Assembly (NCBI GenBank): GCA_051362555.1
Contig: CM120645.1
Coordinates: forward strand, 13,454,001 to 13,518,000
DNA: 64,000 nucleotides
Source: Lingula anatina
Lineage: Eukaryota; Animalia; Brachiopoda
Reading direction: 5' to 3'
Notes under the pieces: model-generated
Databases searched by the model: none
Told to the model about the DNA's origin: nothing
What the model saw: only the letters and a program-made list of their open reading frames with translations
Shown: positions 51,537 through 64,000 of the stretch, in pieces
Numbering within the stretch: the first letter of the stretch is position 1
Layout: each line of letters begins with the position of its first letter
Position numbers and translations under genes: made by a program

Positions 51537-52637
51537 GTTACCAAATTAGTTTAAACTTCAATGTATAAAAACCACCCCGTGATCAAAACCATTCAGTCCA
51601 GTTCGTCTTTACGTAAGTGATATGAAAATACATGTATATCACGACTTTTGATCCCTCTCAATGCCAAAAATATAAGGGCAACCTCCTTCTGACGTAAGAG
51701 CAGATTAGTTCATAGATAATTTGAACACTGAAAATGACACTTAAATGTGGATGGTAGTTCACACTACATGTTTCACTTCACACGTTATCAATTTTGACCT
51801 AAATTAAAACTCGCCATCTCATATGCGTTTGTTTTCACATTTAAGGACCTCATTTGATAAGAATTATAAGATAAATATTTATAAGAACTATGTCTATACA
51901 CGCGTGAAAAAATGCACGTACACTATAATATTGGTAGTGACTTTGTTCGTCTAAATAGCCTTTCTACGACCAATACGTCCATTTTTGGTCAAATTTTTGA
52001 AACCAAAAAGATTGCATTTATGTAACTTCTCTAAACATTTATGTCTATATTGCACATTTGCCTTGTGAAAGCTCTCACATGTACACACGTGATCAATAGG
52101 CACACATTTTAAGTTTCGGGGGAAAAACGACTCGTATATATCTAATTACGTTTTATTATTTTTTCTCGATATTTTCAGTTTTACTAACCCTCACTTTTTT
52201 CGATCGGTTTTTAACTATGACTTTCACAAGCGCACTTCTTATATATACTTCAATATCAATTGCATCTTAAAAGAATATATTTTATTTGTCTATATTTTCC
52301 GGTTGATACCCAATAATGTACACTACTTACAGCTGATTTTAAAGAATAAACAGTTCAGGTAAATGAAAGATCGCCTAGGCATAAGTGACCAATTTTGCTT
52401 GATTTTTGCCTTAGGATTCAAATAAATTTATCTAATAATACTCTTAAAGGTAAGATGCAAGAACGACTCAAAAACGGTACGAAAAACACCACGCCAATTA
52501 CAAAAATTGAGTGATACCACATTGTTGAAAGTGAAATATATTTACCAATATCACCACAATCGTCCGAACTCCATTGGCGGTCCGCCCAAAAGTATCCCTT
52601 TGGCCTTGAGGAACAAAGTATCTATTGTCACTAGCCG

Positions 52638-55600
52638 TTAAACTAACACCCATTTAATGCTTAACAAAATTAGATAGATTAAGGTTATTAGTCCAAGTTG
52701 CGGACAAGAAATAGTTCCCCGGTTCCCAGGAAGTTGGTCGTGAACCGGCGCAGGACTAGTTGCCCCTGGGGTTCTAAAGTTCGTTGTTGTGGTTATAGCG
52801 TCCGTGTGTTTTTCATTTTCCATAGAATTCCTAAAATTAACAACGGAAGAGTCTTTGTGGATGTTTGTCGTTTTTATACTGATATCGGTGTTACTCTGTT
52901 CTCGTGTTGTTGAGTCAGCCAATGAGACAATAGATGGGGTGCTGTCCAAATATCGTTCGTTTGTGGTTTCAAAGTGACCCCTATCATTGGACCCATCCAC
53001 TGCATTAGCTGCAGTATCAATGGAAAAATCAGCTGAAGGTGTTACATAATCAACAGCTGCTTTTGAATCAAATCGTTGACTGCTTTCCATTAATGTTGTT
53101 AGTTTTTCGGTCCTTTTTTCGATGTTTTCCTCTAATTCAGTTGATGCTGTAATTCCTATTGATTGGCCTGAATCGGAAACTCCTGGCAAAATGTCTTCAC
53201 TGGAAATGGCAGAATTTACCTCTGTGACGGAACTTTGCATGTCTAAAGTTGAATACACTTCAGGTAAAACGGATGTCGTTCTTAATCGTTTTCTGCCCCG
53301 CCTTCCACCCCGCCTATTGCCACGCCCCTTCCCATTGCCACGCCTACGTGAACCGGGCCGCGGGCGTCTTGACTTTTGTCGCAAGCTATCAACGGTTGTA
53401 TTGTAACTAGCTAAAGGAGTTGAATTCTCTGGTATTTCGGATGACAATCTACCTGTGTCTGGTTTGTCCGTGTTTGCATTTTCTGCGTCGATGAATAAAT
53501 AGTGTGTGGTGGACGATTTGATTGCATCTGACAAATGGGGAGGCTCTGGAGTAAGACCTCGGCTTTCTGCTGCAGTGGGCTCGTTTGTGGACCCTAGCAT
53601 TCTGACGGCGTCTGTCATCCATTCTTGTGTATTGTCTAAAGCAGCTGTGGTTTCAGTTGGTTGCACACGTGGCTGCTGAGACGTTTGCGCCCGGACATCA
53701 AAATAAACATGGGTACCTTTAAAATTATTTTCCGTCATTATTTTGCTTAATGTTACTGACCATGACGGCACTGTTGAATTGGCCTCTGTAAAGGGTAACA
53801 GTGACGTTACTGATTCACTGCCGTCTGCCGCAGAGGGCAGCACCGTAGGAGTCTCTCTGTCTTCTGATATTGAAACGTATTCAGCTGTCGTCTGTCGCTG
53901 GAAGGGGCTGTCGGTGGTTGACGTTTGGGGCGTAGTGTATGTGCTTTGCGCCATATTTAATGAAGGTGGCGTATTATCAACCTCTGAATTTTCTTCACTG
54001 GTAGCAAACCTCGATAGTTCTGTGATATAACCCCTAGTAGTAATCACTTGGTTTTTCTTTTCAAGTATCGTGGGTGAAGTGGTATGTGTGGGTTCAGCCC
54101 CGCTGGATACTAAGTGTGTGTTTCTTTCACCAATGTTTCTGTTAGCGGTTACGAAAGAAACATCTGTCACTTTTGTAACTTCATCAGAGGTAAATAAGTT
54201 AGCAACGGTTCTGAATTCAGCCGTGCGATCTCGTTTGTTTTGTGTTGTTTGGATTGGAACAAACCGCGTTGTGTGATCGAGGGCAGTTTTTATGTTCGAA
54301 TATGTAACCCGCTGATCCAGTGAGGAGTCTGTTGAGCTGCTCGTCGCACAAGAAACTGTTTCAGAAACAGTGGCCTCCGTTGTAGAGAACTGAGGTACCA
54401 CCGGGGTAATCTCTTGACAGAATCGACGAATAAATCTCGCCAGCTCGTACTCGCGTTTTTTACGCGCTGTTTTGCAACTCATGTGCATCAAATCCGACAT
54501 GATGTACATCTCTCTCGGGTTAGTCAGCCAGTTTAGACTGCAGGAACAGGTTAAAGGGTTCCCGCCTAAATACAGCACTCGCAGGTGCCTTAGACTAGCA
54601 AACATTTCGTAACGCGGTAACGTCAGCTTGTTGTGGTCTAAATACAGCCTCTGTAGAGACGATTCCAGTCCACGCAAGGTTTGCTGGGTCAAGGAGTTTA
54701 CAGCATTACCTGAAAGACTTAATATCATCAGTTGCCGACAGGTCACGAACGCGCCTTCCTCGATGCGATGAATCAAATTTTTATGGAGCCATAGCTCACC
54801 TAAGCGCCTTAGACTGGCAAAAATGTTGGAGGGGACCGTTTGAAGTTGATTAAACTGTAGATACAGGTGACCCAGCGTGTATTCCAACCCCGCAAACGCC
54901 CCGTCGGCAATGTGGGTAATGTTGTTCCGTTCGAGACGGAGATCTCGCAGCGAGGAGCAGTTCTGAAACGCACCTGTTAGAACCCTTCGGAGGCGGTTCT
55001 TGGCTAAGAGCAACCTCTGTAGATTGTGAAGATTACTGAAAACATACGGCTCAACGCGCACAAGCTGGTTGTTCCCCAGGTCTAAGGAAACCAGGGTGGT
55101 TTCCAGCCCGGCAAAAGCCCGCGGGGTGACAACTCTCAAAACATTGTCCGAAATTCTAAGCTCCTCCAGCTGTTGACAACCTCGAAATGAGTAATCTTCA
55201 ATATGTCTTATCCTATTCCCGTCAAGATCTAATTTCAACAAATGCCGTAGGTCACCGAACATTTCCGGGGTGATTTTGTTAAAAAGATTGCCCGCTAATG
55301 ACAGTTCAAGCAAGGTATCGGAGAGACCATGAAAAGCACCTGCCTGCAGGAATTTAATTTCATTGTTCTCAAGAATTAGTTTGGTAATACTTGTCCTTCT
55401 AATCCACCCAGATATCACCGTCTGGATGTGATTGTGTTCTATGTTAAGGGTGTCTAGAGTCAGTCCACTGAACACTGGGAGACTAGTTAGGCTATTATTT
55501 CGAAAACTTAAGTGGCGTAGACTATCTGTAATTCCGGAAAACGCGTCGCGACCGACGGCGCTGATTCTGTCATTGGTGAAACTAATCCGTTGCACGTTTT

Positions 55601-55904
55601 TACGCGACAGACGAATAAAGGCATTGTTTTGCACCTCTTCTATGGCATTATCATGAAATTGGATTTGGTCTAATTGCTCCCCCTCCGACGTAAAACGCGG
55701 TATTATGTCGTTGCTGACTCTGGAGCACGTGAGCAGCGTTACGCTGTACGTCGTACGTCGTCCAGACGTGCTGTCCAGAGAAAATTCACTTTTAACTGAA
55801 CATCCGCAGGTTAGTCGGGACGATGAGTGGACCGGGCATCCTAGCGTCTGTAGCAAATCAGCAAGCACGACAATCCTAAGAATATTGTGAATTAGACTCC
55901 TCAT
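52638..55904 (-). CDS. Extracellular leucine-rich-repeat protein with mucin-like stalk and probable GPI signal (about 1088 aa, single coding exon)
   Basis: First ATG at 55904 (MRSLIHNILRIVVLADLLQTLG, signal-peptide-like). Cys-rich LRRNT, roughly 15 LxxLxLxxNxL repeats, LRRCT (NPLTCSC...C...C), long Ser/Thr-rich region and a hydrophobic C-terminus without a cytoplasmic tail. Confidence 0.9.
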   Translation of the reverse strand: MRSLIHNILRIVVLADLLQTLGCPVHSSSRLTCGCSVKSEFSLDSTSGRRTTYSVTLLTCSRVSNDIIPRFTSEGEQLDQIQFHDNAIEEVQNNAFIRLSRKNVQRISFTNDRISAVGRDAFSGITDSLRHLSFRNNSLTSLPVFSGLTLDTLNIEHNHIQTVISGWIRRTSITKLILENNEIKFLQAGAFHGLSDTLLELSLAGNLFNKITPEMFGDLRHLLKLDLDGNRIRHIEDYSFRGCQQLEELRISDNVLRVVTPRAFAGLETTLVSLDLGNNQLVRVEPYVFSNLHNLQRLLLAKNRLRRVLTGAFQNCSSLRDLRLERNNITHIADGAFAGLEYTLGHLYLQFNQLQTVPSNIFASLRRLGELWLHKNLIHRIEEGAFVTCRQLMILSLSGNAVNSLTQQTLRGLESSLQRLYLDHNKLTLPRYEMFASLRHLRVLYLGGNPLTCSCSLNWLTNPREMYIMSDLMHMSCKTARKKREYELARFIRRFCQEITPVVPQFSTTEATVSETVSCATSSSTDSSLDQRVTYSNIKTALDHTTRFVPIQTTQNKRDRTAEFRTVANLFTSDEVTKVTDVSFVTANRNIGERNTHLVSSGAEPTHTTSPTILEKKNQVITTRGYITELSRFATSEENSEVDNTPPSLNMAQSTYTTPQTSTTDSPFQRQTTAEYVSISEDRETPTVLPSAADGSESVTSLLPFTEANSTVPSWSVTLSKIMTENNFKGTHVYFDVRAQTSQQPRVQPTETTAALDNTQEWMTDAVRMLGSTNEPTAAESRGLTPEPPHLSDAIKSSTTHYLFIDAENANTDKPDTGRLSSEIPENSTPLASYNTTVDSLRQKSRRPRPGSRRRGNGKGRGNRRGGRRGRKRLRTTSVLPEVYSTLDMQSSVTEVNSAISSEDILPGVSDSGQSIGITASTELEENIEKRTEKLTTLMESSQRFDSKAAVDYVTPSADFSIDTAANAVDGSNDRGHFETTNERYLDSTPSIVSLADSTTREQSNTDISIKTTNIHKDSSVVNFRNSMENEKHTDAITTTTNFRTPGATSPAPVHDQLPGNRGTISCPQLGLITLIYLILLSIKWVLV

Positions 55905-58900
55905 TTTCACATGTGGTAACTTGTCACGTACGGGTTCATAGTTAACAGCCAATTAACGCATTTTTTTCTGAAGAGATTTCACATGAAATTCGAAGCGTAG
56001 CCAATAGTCATAAAGTTCAAGTGTAAGATACAGATGAAAATAAAGATATCAGATGTTGCCCCTCGGCTCTTCTACCATCAAAGTGGTATACACTTAGAGT
56101 GAAACTGCAGGCATAAGCACATGACATAATCAGCTCCTTATGTCCATATACTGTCTCCAATAGCTCTTCTGAATCATCAAGCGCTCTGTGAAAGAACCAC
56201 AAACATTCCAGTGAGTTAAAAGTATTCTACACCACAGGTTTTTCAGCATCAACTAAGACCTCGTTTGATGCCTTGCGATTTCACTTCCTTTCCTAGCGTG
56301 TTATGAACACTAGCACTATTCTTTTCAAATATCTTATTCTGATTAAAGTCAAAAATCAAAAAAGACATATTTCAGAACAAGGCTTCATAGAGCGATATCG
56401 AGGGTAAGTCTGTATCGCTTATGTCATTGTTGATAATGCCGATAATAACTCTCTCGCTAGTTTGACAAGTTTAGAGCGCAGGGGTTGTCAAATAACTAGG
56501 TTGACGTGTAATCTATACATCCCATTACTCAGCAGGATCATTGTGCTTTGCTGTATCTTAACATCTTAAATGTTCTTTACATCTGATAAAAACTACAAAA
56601 AGCACAAGTTTCGCGAATCACTTACCCTTGCTATCAAAACCAAGCTGAATTTTCAGACAACGACCTTATGTCATCGCTTGATCAGTTTATTATATGTTTT
56701 GTTGCTGGATCTACGACATTTCCATAGTTAATTTCAGTTATTACCTCTTGCGACGTAAAAAGGGAACCTCCTCCGAAGGTCGCTTTAGGTTGTAATCCAT
56801 CAATTAAAACGTTGTAAGTTCACTTCCGGTGATCTGTCAAAGTCACTTCACTCTCCGTACATACCTGGTAGCAACCTTTTCTGAACTGCACTAATAATGT
56901 ATAAACAAAATCCTTAATTGTTCACTCTGCAACTGTAAATTATGGCAGAACTAACGAGCACGCCCGTCTAATTACGGAACCCAATGCACCCTTGCCTATG
57001 AATGTTCTTAGTCTCCATCCTATTAATACTTAGTTGTATCGGCATGCCCCAGGTATTATTTAAGGTTCCCTATTACGTCTTGGTTTCTTCTTATTAGCTA
57101 CATTATATAACAGCACCGCCAGTGGTCTTTTTAACGTCGGTTGTAAGTTGTTTATGCTCGCATTTGTGTTAAACTGAAAGCTCTTGCAGTGAACGTTGAA
57201 GCGGCAGTGGCGTTTTCTTCCTGTGATATAGTTCCAGTGAAGGCTAGAAAGTGGTTTAGGCAGTGACAGTAAGCGTAAACTTAAATCGAATTTGTTTATG
57301 ACATCCTTCGTCTAGGCTCTAGCATCGTTTAAAAGCTGAACCACCTTGGATTTCTCTTACGCCAACAGTGAGCAGAATTTCACACCCAGCTCTCTAGAAA
57401 AACAATGTTTGTATTGTGGCTCTGCAAAACCTTGCGTTACACTCTGTGTTGATTTTTCTTTTTCAGTTTTACCTCGTGCGATGTTCACCTCATCTGTTCA
57501 ATTCTATGTCCAAGTTCACCACGGGTCTGCTCCGTATTAACACGCAGTATCCCCCCAGCCTTTAGTGTGAGGTCTGTCCATCATCTGCCAGCAATATGAA
57601 GAATACACTCAGTTCTAATAAAGTTTGTACTCGCCGTAAATTATTCTCTTCTGTCTCTTGCGCTTTTTTTTGCAAATAGTCTGCAGCGAGTTCGCTCGCT
57701 TTAAATAAACATGCATTTGCTGTGTCCCCAAATTGTGAAAAGATCGTCTGCTCGGATTCAAATATATTATGATATCGTGTGATCTGTAGGTAAAACCGAG
57801 GCAAAGAGAATCCGGGAGGGTTAAAACTCAGTTACTTAAAGCTCACAAGTGGGAAGGAAGTTGATGCAAAACACGGTTAAATTCCTCCAGTCAGTCAAGC
57901 AAATGGAAACGCGTTGCTGTAAGGCTACATCCAACGCTCCGAGTTAATGCCAACAAGATGGACGTTTCGCACTGAGTAAACCCCAGAACTTGTTTCTTAA
58001 ACAAGAGTCATCCGAAGGCTGCAGCATGTTTAGTATACGTACGTTTTCCCCACTTTGATTTAGCAGGAGAGAAACCATGAAAACCGGAGGCGATATTTCT
58101 GCCGGGGGCAAAGTTACGTTGAAAAAATAGCCGTTTGCTTATTTGCTACCTTAAGTTAACAAACATAAATTCCATCAATTTGGCGTCTCTCAATTGGCTA
58201 TCAGGGTCGAAGCTAGAAAAAAACACTTTAATTTGTTGCCAAGCGAATATGATTACTGTCAGAATTCGCCAGCGGTCAACTGGATATCTGAACACACGAA
58301 CCGATTTATATTTCTGAGCGTTAAACGGACGCTAATCAGCACTGCATTGGGGTTTCTATTTTCATTTTACTTCGGAAGGAGTAGACGCTGCGTTCACGCT
58401 GTGTCATAACGAACTCCCCCTTTTTCAACGAAAACATACTCCATTTTACCTCCATCTTTGCTGTAAGTGTAAAACTAGACACAAAAAATATTTATACAAG
58501 TATATTCAGTTGCCAGGATTATATTTTCTCTTGCGTAAAAAAAAAAATACAAAAGTCGATCAAACGACATGGTAAACTTTCAATTATTTCTTCGGGCTTT
58601 TCCTTTTTAGATAAGAAAAATGTCTTTAGTCAAGCCTCAGAGGCTCTGCATCCTATGAATTCTGGTACACTTAAATTAAATTTACTTTAGAAGAATAGAA
58701 AACTGGTGGCGACATTTTATTTGTGTAATTTAGGGCAAAAGATAAAACTATCAATTCACGTGAACCATTGCAATCTGCTAAAAGCAAGGTGGGGTTAACA
58801 TCTAAAAAGCGTCTCCAAATTTTTGCGCTTATAATTTTAAGGTAAAACAATGAGAACTGGACACCCAAAAAGGGTGTATATTTTACCATTTCCAGCTTGA

Positions 58901-59052
58901 AGGGTCAGTCAGGTGGTTTACAGACCCGTAGACGATCAGGTATCACTGTAAACGGCGCTAGTAGTCATATGTTGTCAATATCCAAATGAATCATTTATTA
59001 AAGGATTTGCATGCACGAGTCCTAACATAAGAGTCTAAACACACATGCACAA

Positions 59053-59093
<41 letters not shown>

Positions 59094-59590
59094 AGGGGAG
59101 AGACAGAAGGAGTGAGGGAAATTGAAAGAGACAGCTTACACAACATGGAAAAATTCTGAAAACCAGCAACTGCCACTATTGTTCTCCTTTTTACAACAAT
59201 GACACTGAGGTATTTACCATAACAACTGTTCGCTCTCCCTTTAAGGGGAAACTAAATCATGCACTTTCTCCAGACATTCCTACTGTTTATTTTCACAAAG
59301 CTGCCGAGGAGGTCGGTCTGGTAACAGCAAACTTGCTCAAAACCACAACGCGTGTTCCCTGCTAGTACCCGCATATTAATCTTGACAAGTATAAAGAAGA
59401 AAAAACACAGAAAAGGTTAACTTCAATGTGCCGGGTTCGCTACCAAGGTTTCAACAACACAGGATCAAGCATGAGAAACCGACCAAACATTTATTCTTTT
59501 CCACCTGAGTTTTTACAGGTACATGTAGTTTGAGTATATGGACAGCCCAAATTAAATGCCCTGAATGTCTTCATGGCAGAATAGTGCATA

Positions 59591-59849
59591 CAGGATTATT
59601 TGAAGGGGGGTCCGCGGATGCAAAGCCGACCCTTACCACCGCCCCCCACCCCCTTGGCGTGGGTTTTGGTATTTTAGAGGGCGAACGGTGCCATTCGGTA
59701 CGGTTTAGAGCTATGATACAGCTAGTCAAAATTCCGATTTTAAGAGGGGACCATTGGTTTGATTTGTTTTCAGACATCGAGTGGGGGAGGGGGGGGTGGG
59801 GGGTGGGGGGAGGGCAGGACCCCGCTGGCACCCCCTAATTCCGCCACTG
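59591..59849. mobile_element. 5'-truncated MITE related to 5597-5828
   Basis: Shared GATTATTTGAAGGGG...GGTACGGTTTAGA...TCCGCCACTG. Confidence 0.6.
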
Positions 59850-61864
59850 TACATAGATGTGCTCGTAAATGGTTATTTACGTATAAGGACTATCATTGCC
59901 TGTCTCAGTCGGTTATGTCTATAATATGTCACAAGAATCAGCTAAACAATGACGATAAGAACAGGATCGAATGATGTCTTTGTAGACTCCACTTGATGCA
60001 GTTTTCGGTACATCTTTGCGATTCAAAACATGGTAAAAATCAGTAGAGGTCACCACTTGCACGTCCTCTAAATCAAAGCTATATGTTTATGCAAGGTTTT
60101 TCTGGCAGTGATAATTTTTGCCAAAAATTGCACAATAATATCTAAAGAATGCGTCACTAAAACACATGATTATTTTTCTTGAATTACATCAAAAAAGAAG
60201 ATGGTAATTGATTGCAAGTCTCCTTGTTTTCTTTGGCTTTAAATGCCACGTATGGCTACTTGTAAGAGAGTAGAAGTAAGGGTTGAAATATCTGACGCAA
60301 CATACAATGCAAATTTTCTCATTGCCTCCAAGATAACCGTGATGCTATTTTAGACAGGTTTTATAATGGGAAACAAAAAGAAACACGTTTTCGTTTTAGA
60401 AGTCTGATAGATTCACCTGATATTTATTAACGAAAAAATAAACACCCATTTTACAAAACAATAGCTCTTTTACAGGTATATGGAGATCAAAGTGGAATTA
60501 TATGCCAATTCAGTGTCCTTCAGTTCACTCTAAATTCATGGGAAACTTAACTTTTGTTAGACATTTACTACACTATAAAGCTGTCAAAGTCTTTCTCAGA
60601 AAACGCTCCCGCGTCTGTGTGTTTACTTCCTTGTTATCAAACAGTACACGGCGCACATAAGGCGCCAATCAGAAAACTGCCACTTGAAGCATAAACTGAA
60701 GTCTCAGAATTATTTTTTTTTCTAGTATTCCCTTTCTTTTTGTGTGTATTTTCTTTTTCTTGGCTTAAGGTACATGTACAGTACCACTCCAGAAGTGGCA
60801 TGACTAAGTATTCCAATTTCTTATTCAGATTTGTTATTTTTGTTTTTAACAATGTTTAAAAAAACGCATGGTCTTGCGATAAAAAAGGTTTTATAAGACC
60901 TCGTTGTTATTTTCTAAAATCCATCTTTCATAAACCAATATGCAAATACGCCACATCAAGACATTATTTCTAACTTTCATTTATATGTTGACATTTAAAA
61001 AAAATGAGTCGCCTTAATGTTGGGTGTCAATCAAGTAATTTGTACGAAAGAGAGAATGAATCAAGTACAATTGTTACAATATTTTGACCCTGTTAAAAAC
61101 TTAGTCATTGAGTTTCGATCAACAGATATTTCTGTCCTTGGTACAGTTGAAAATCTAGCTTAAACTAACTGCCTCTTATCCTAAGATAAATGTATAGTGA
61201 ATGAAAAATCCCACTTGTGGACAATGAACTTTGTGTGACATTTTCTTAAATCAAGACTCCATCTTAGAAAATTCCTCACAGGAAGATTTCGATAAGCAGG
61301 TAACACCCGGATTAAAGATGAAAACAACTTGTCACGCGATATAAATTAGAATCTATCGGCATCAAAAATTGGAAAATTTAAAACCATCGGTCTTAGACAT
61401 TAGCCTTTTCCTAAGGTCCGATGTCAACGATTTTAGTTTGCGCAATAAAATGGTATCCATTATTTCCCTGTATAATCCCGTTTAGAAAACTTACGCAATT
61501 GTTGTGGATTCATTCCATTTCAATGAAAAGGTTGGCAGTGATTCGTATTGTTACTAGAAAAAGCAACAAACAATAATTGAAAAGGCATTACATTCGATCG
61601 CACACTTTATCAATTTGAATCTCGGGTGGGCGCTGTCGGAAAAACAACACGCTATACATGGACTCCTCTGCATGCGAGATGTCGTGTAAGAGATTATGAA
61701 ATAAACAAATAAAAAATCACAAATTATTAACATTTCCTATTTCCTTTTCTTTCTCTTTATTATTAAATGACGTCCAAGGAAAACGTCAATCTTTAATTTT
61801 AACCCCCTAGAGGGCCATGTGTAAGATAAGTGTTCGCATGTTTTACCCTCTTTAAATAAAGTTG

Positions 61865-61920
<56 letters not shown>

Positions 61921-62721
61921 CTTCATTTTAGATACGTAAGTATTTTCTGTAATGTTTGTGAAAACTGTTATACTATAGGTTAATTTCTTCTATCTCCACA
62001 TAAGTCCAATGTGTGACAAACAGCTAGATCGCAAAGTACAACATAAGTGCCCTGTAAACATAATAAATCAAATCTTTTTTTACCAAGTTTATGCATTGAT
62101 AGTTATTATTTTTCTTTTTGCTGTAAACCTGTCAATTTTCTGTCCATTCAAGCATTTATCACTTCATTTAGAGTTTTTCTAGGTGAAAATATTCATGCCG
62201 CCCAACATTCACCCTTATCTCCTCTTTTTTAACAAAATCAGCGTGTATTCCGATGTCCACCGTTATAACCCACTGGAATAAAAAAAGGCAAACTAAAGGT
62301 AAAGATCACATTTTTTACTTCGTCTTTCCAACTAATGACTAATCACTGTTCAGTTAAGGAAAATGTTTTTGTAGGAAACCGTTACCTGCTGCACACGCTT
62401 GCGGTCTGTGTTGACTTAGTTGTTATTTCCCAGGCTAATTCTACGGTGATATGGTTTCAGTTTATTTGTTTTTCGCTTATTCAAAGTGCAGATTCACCGT
62501 TGACTGGAAGCGAGGTGTGTTCGTGAGAGATTTCGATATAAATGTTATACACGCGCGCACTTACACTCGTCGATTTTCGATGATGTTGGTAAAGACCCTA
62601 TGCAGATCTCAAATAGTTTACTTTTAAAATTGTGAGAGAATTTAGTTTAAACACATGCAAAAACACGCGTATATATGCGTGCATATATGCAAATTGACAA
62701 AGAGAAACGGAAAGAAAAAGA

Positions 62722-62758
<37 letters not shown>

Positions 62759-64000
62759 GGGTGGGAGCACAAACACAATCAATTGACCGGGGGATATACA
62801 GAAGTTCAGGCGACCTCATACTTGTATTATTTGCTTTCTTGAGCATTCGACAGTCTCTTATTTCATTCTTGCCCACGGTAGGCATTTGAGAGGGTTCAAT
62901 TTCCATCTTTTACGCTGTACCAAATTTGTTAAGAATCTGACTTAGACATGCGTTTTTACCTCAGGGCATAACAGCAACTGCTCCTTGCCCGATTTTGAGA
63001 TAGTTCATTGACGATAATTTCTTTTTTAGTAAATCCCTGTGTTAAAAATAGACACAAAGCTGAATTAAGTCTTAAGTTTAAGAGAAAAATGTGTTCTGTT
63101 TCATTATAGTACTTGTGCACTAACATACATGTACACGTTCATTTACATGGTGTAATTAATATCTTCCGAATTGGGTCTATTTTCGCTGAAGTCTATAACA
63201 TTCTGCAAAAATAGACCCAATTGCCTCATTTAAGAAAGTAGTATTATTCAATTGGATTCAAAGAATTGAATTAATTTTAGTTTTAAGGCCAAGTCCACTT
63301 TCATCTATAGTTATTTAATAAAACTCGCTCGTGACTGAGAAGTCCTGAAACGAGCATAAATGTCTCAATGTAGTGAAAATTCATCCAAAGAAAAAGAAAA
63401 AAAAAAGAGAAAAAAAAGAAAACGGTAATGAATAAATTGATATCAACTGAATATAGACATTTAGTTTCTGGTGTTACTTTCTACAATTCTAGAATATTCA
63501 GTGTTTGATGTTATTTTCAACAATTGCATTCCATCCACGTTGGCTTTGATGAATATTGCCTCACTTATTTTTACATCGTATTGACCCAATCGGGTCTAAT
63601 TTGCGGAACATGAATTTCGTTTACGCATTACATAAACACTCGGACCAATGACTGCCGCTGTTCAGGTCGTACGTATAAAATACTGGCATATCGCATGTTC
63701 GGTCACTGAAACTTAGTACACCACTATTGGTAATAGATATTGAAAAAAGTTATATACGTAAGATGCAATAAATACAAATTAATTAAATCATAAGTATTGA
63801 TGCTCAAGGGACAACATACCGCAAGATGACGATCGATATTACAGACAAACGAACTTACATGGAATGCAGCTATGTCAGTGCATTTTTCGTATAGGTTATG
63901 ACTCTTTATAAAGAAAGCTGTGTTGTGCGATTGCATGATGCACGAGCACTTAATAAATTACCGAGTAAAAAAATGCATCCGTAGGTGTTCGAGCTTGGCC

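Noticed and set aside
55905-55952. ORF-track start of the LRR gene at 55952
   Set aside because: That codon is TTG. The first ATG (55904) directly precedes the signal-peptide-like segment.
63326-63356. Hammerhead-like GCTCGT..CTGAGAA..GAAACGAGC
   Set aside because: The core is not CUGANGA and stems I and II cannot be formed.
56000-64000. Short ORFs in the last 8 kb
   Set aside because: No domain signal or paralog support, and several are microsatellite translations. Treated as upstream or intergenic DNA.

Overview
AT-rich, intron-containing eukaryotic DNA from an invertebrate animal (probably a lophotrochozoan; inference), not a prokaryote, so most of the ORF track is exon fragments or noise. 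The window holds two interleaved tandem gene arrays and one large single-exon gene. (1) 0-36.5 kb: five apparently intact three-exon genes for sarcoplasmic calcium-binding protein (SCP/calexcitin/aequorin-fold) EF-hand proteins, plus three pseudogene remnants. Every intact copy has an extra 27-28 aa first exon, mostly missed by the ORF track, that reads as a cleavable mitochondrial presequence. This suggests an expanded family of mitochondria-targeted SCPs and is the most interesting signal here. (2) 37.7-51.5 kb: three intact six-exon CD20/MS4A-like four-transmembrane genes with an N-terminal PPPY motif, one truncated copy and one orphan first exon. (3) 52.6-55.9 kb: a signal-peptide/LRR/mucin-stalk/GPI-signal surface protein. 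Mobile DNA includes two decayed THAP+DDE_Tnp_4 (ISL2EU/PIF-Harbinger-like) transposons, a young non-autonomous Gmr1-like LTR element that captured about 62 nt of tRNA-Pro, an EnSpm-like element with internal higher-order tandem arrays, a Kolobok-like element and several MITEs. Exon boundaries were derived by eye from GT-AG sites, reading frame and paralog comparison; no searches were run.
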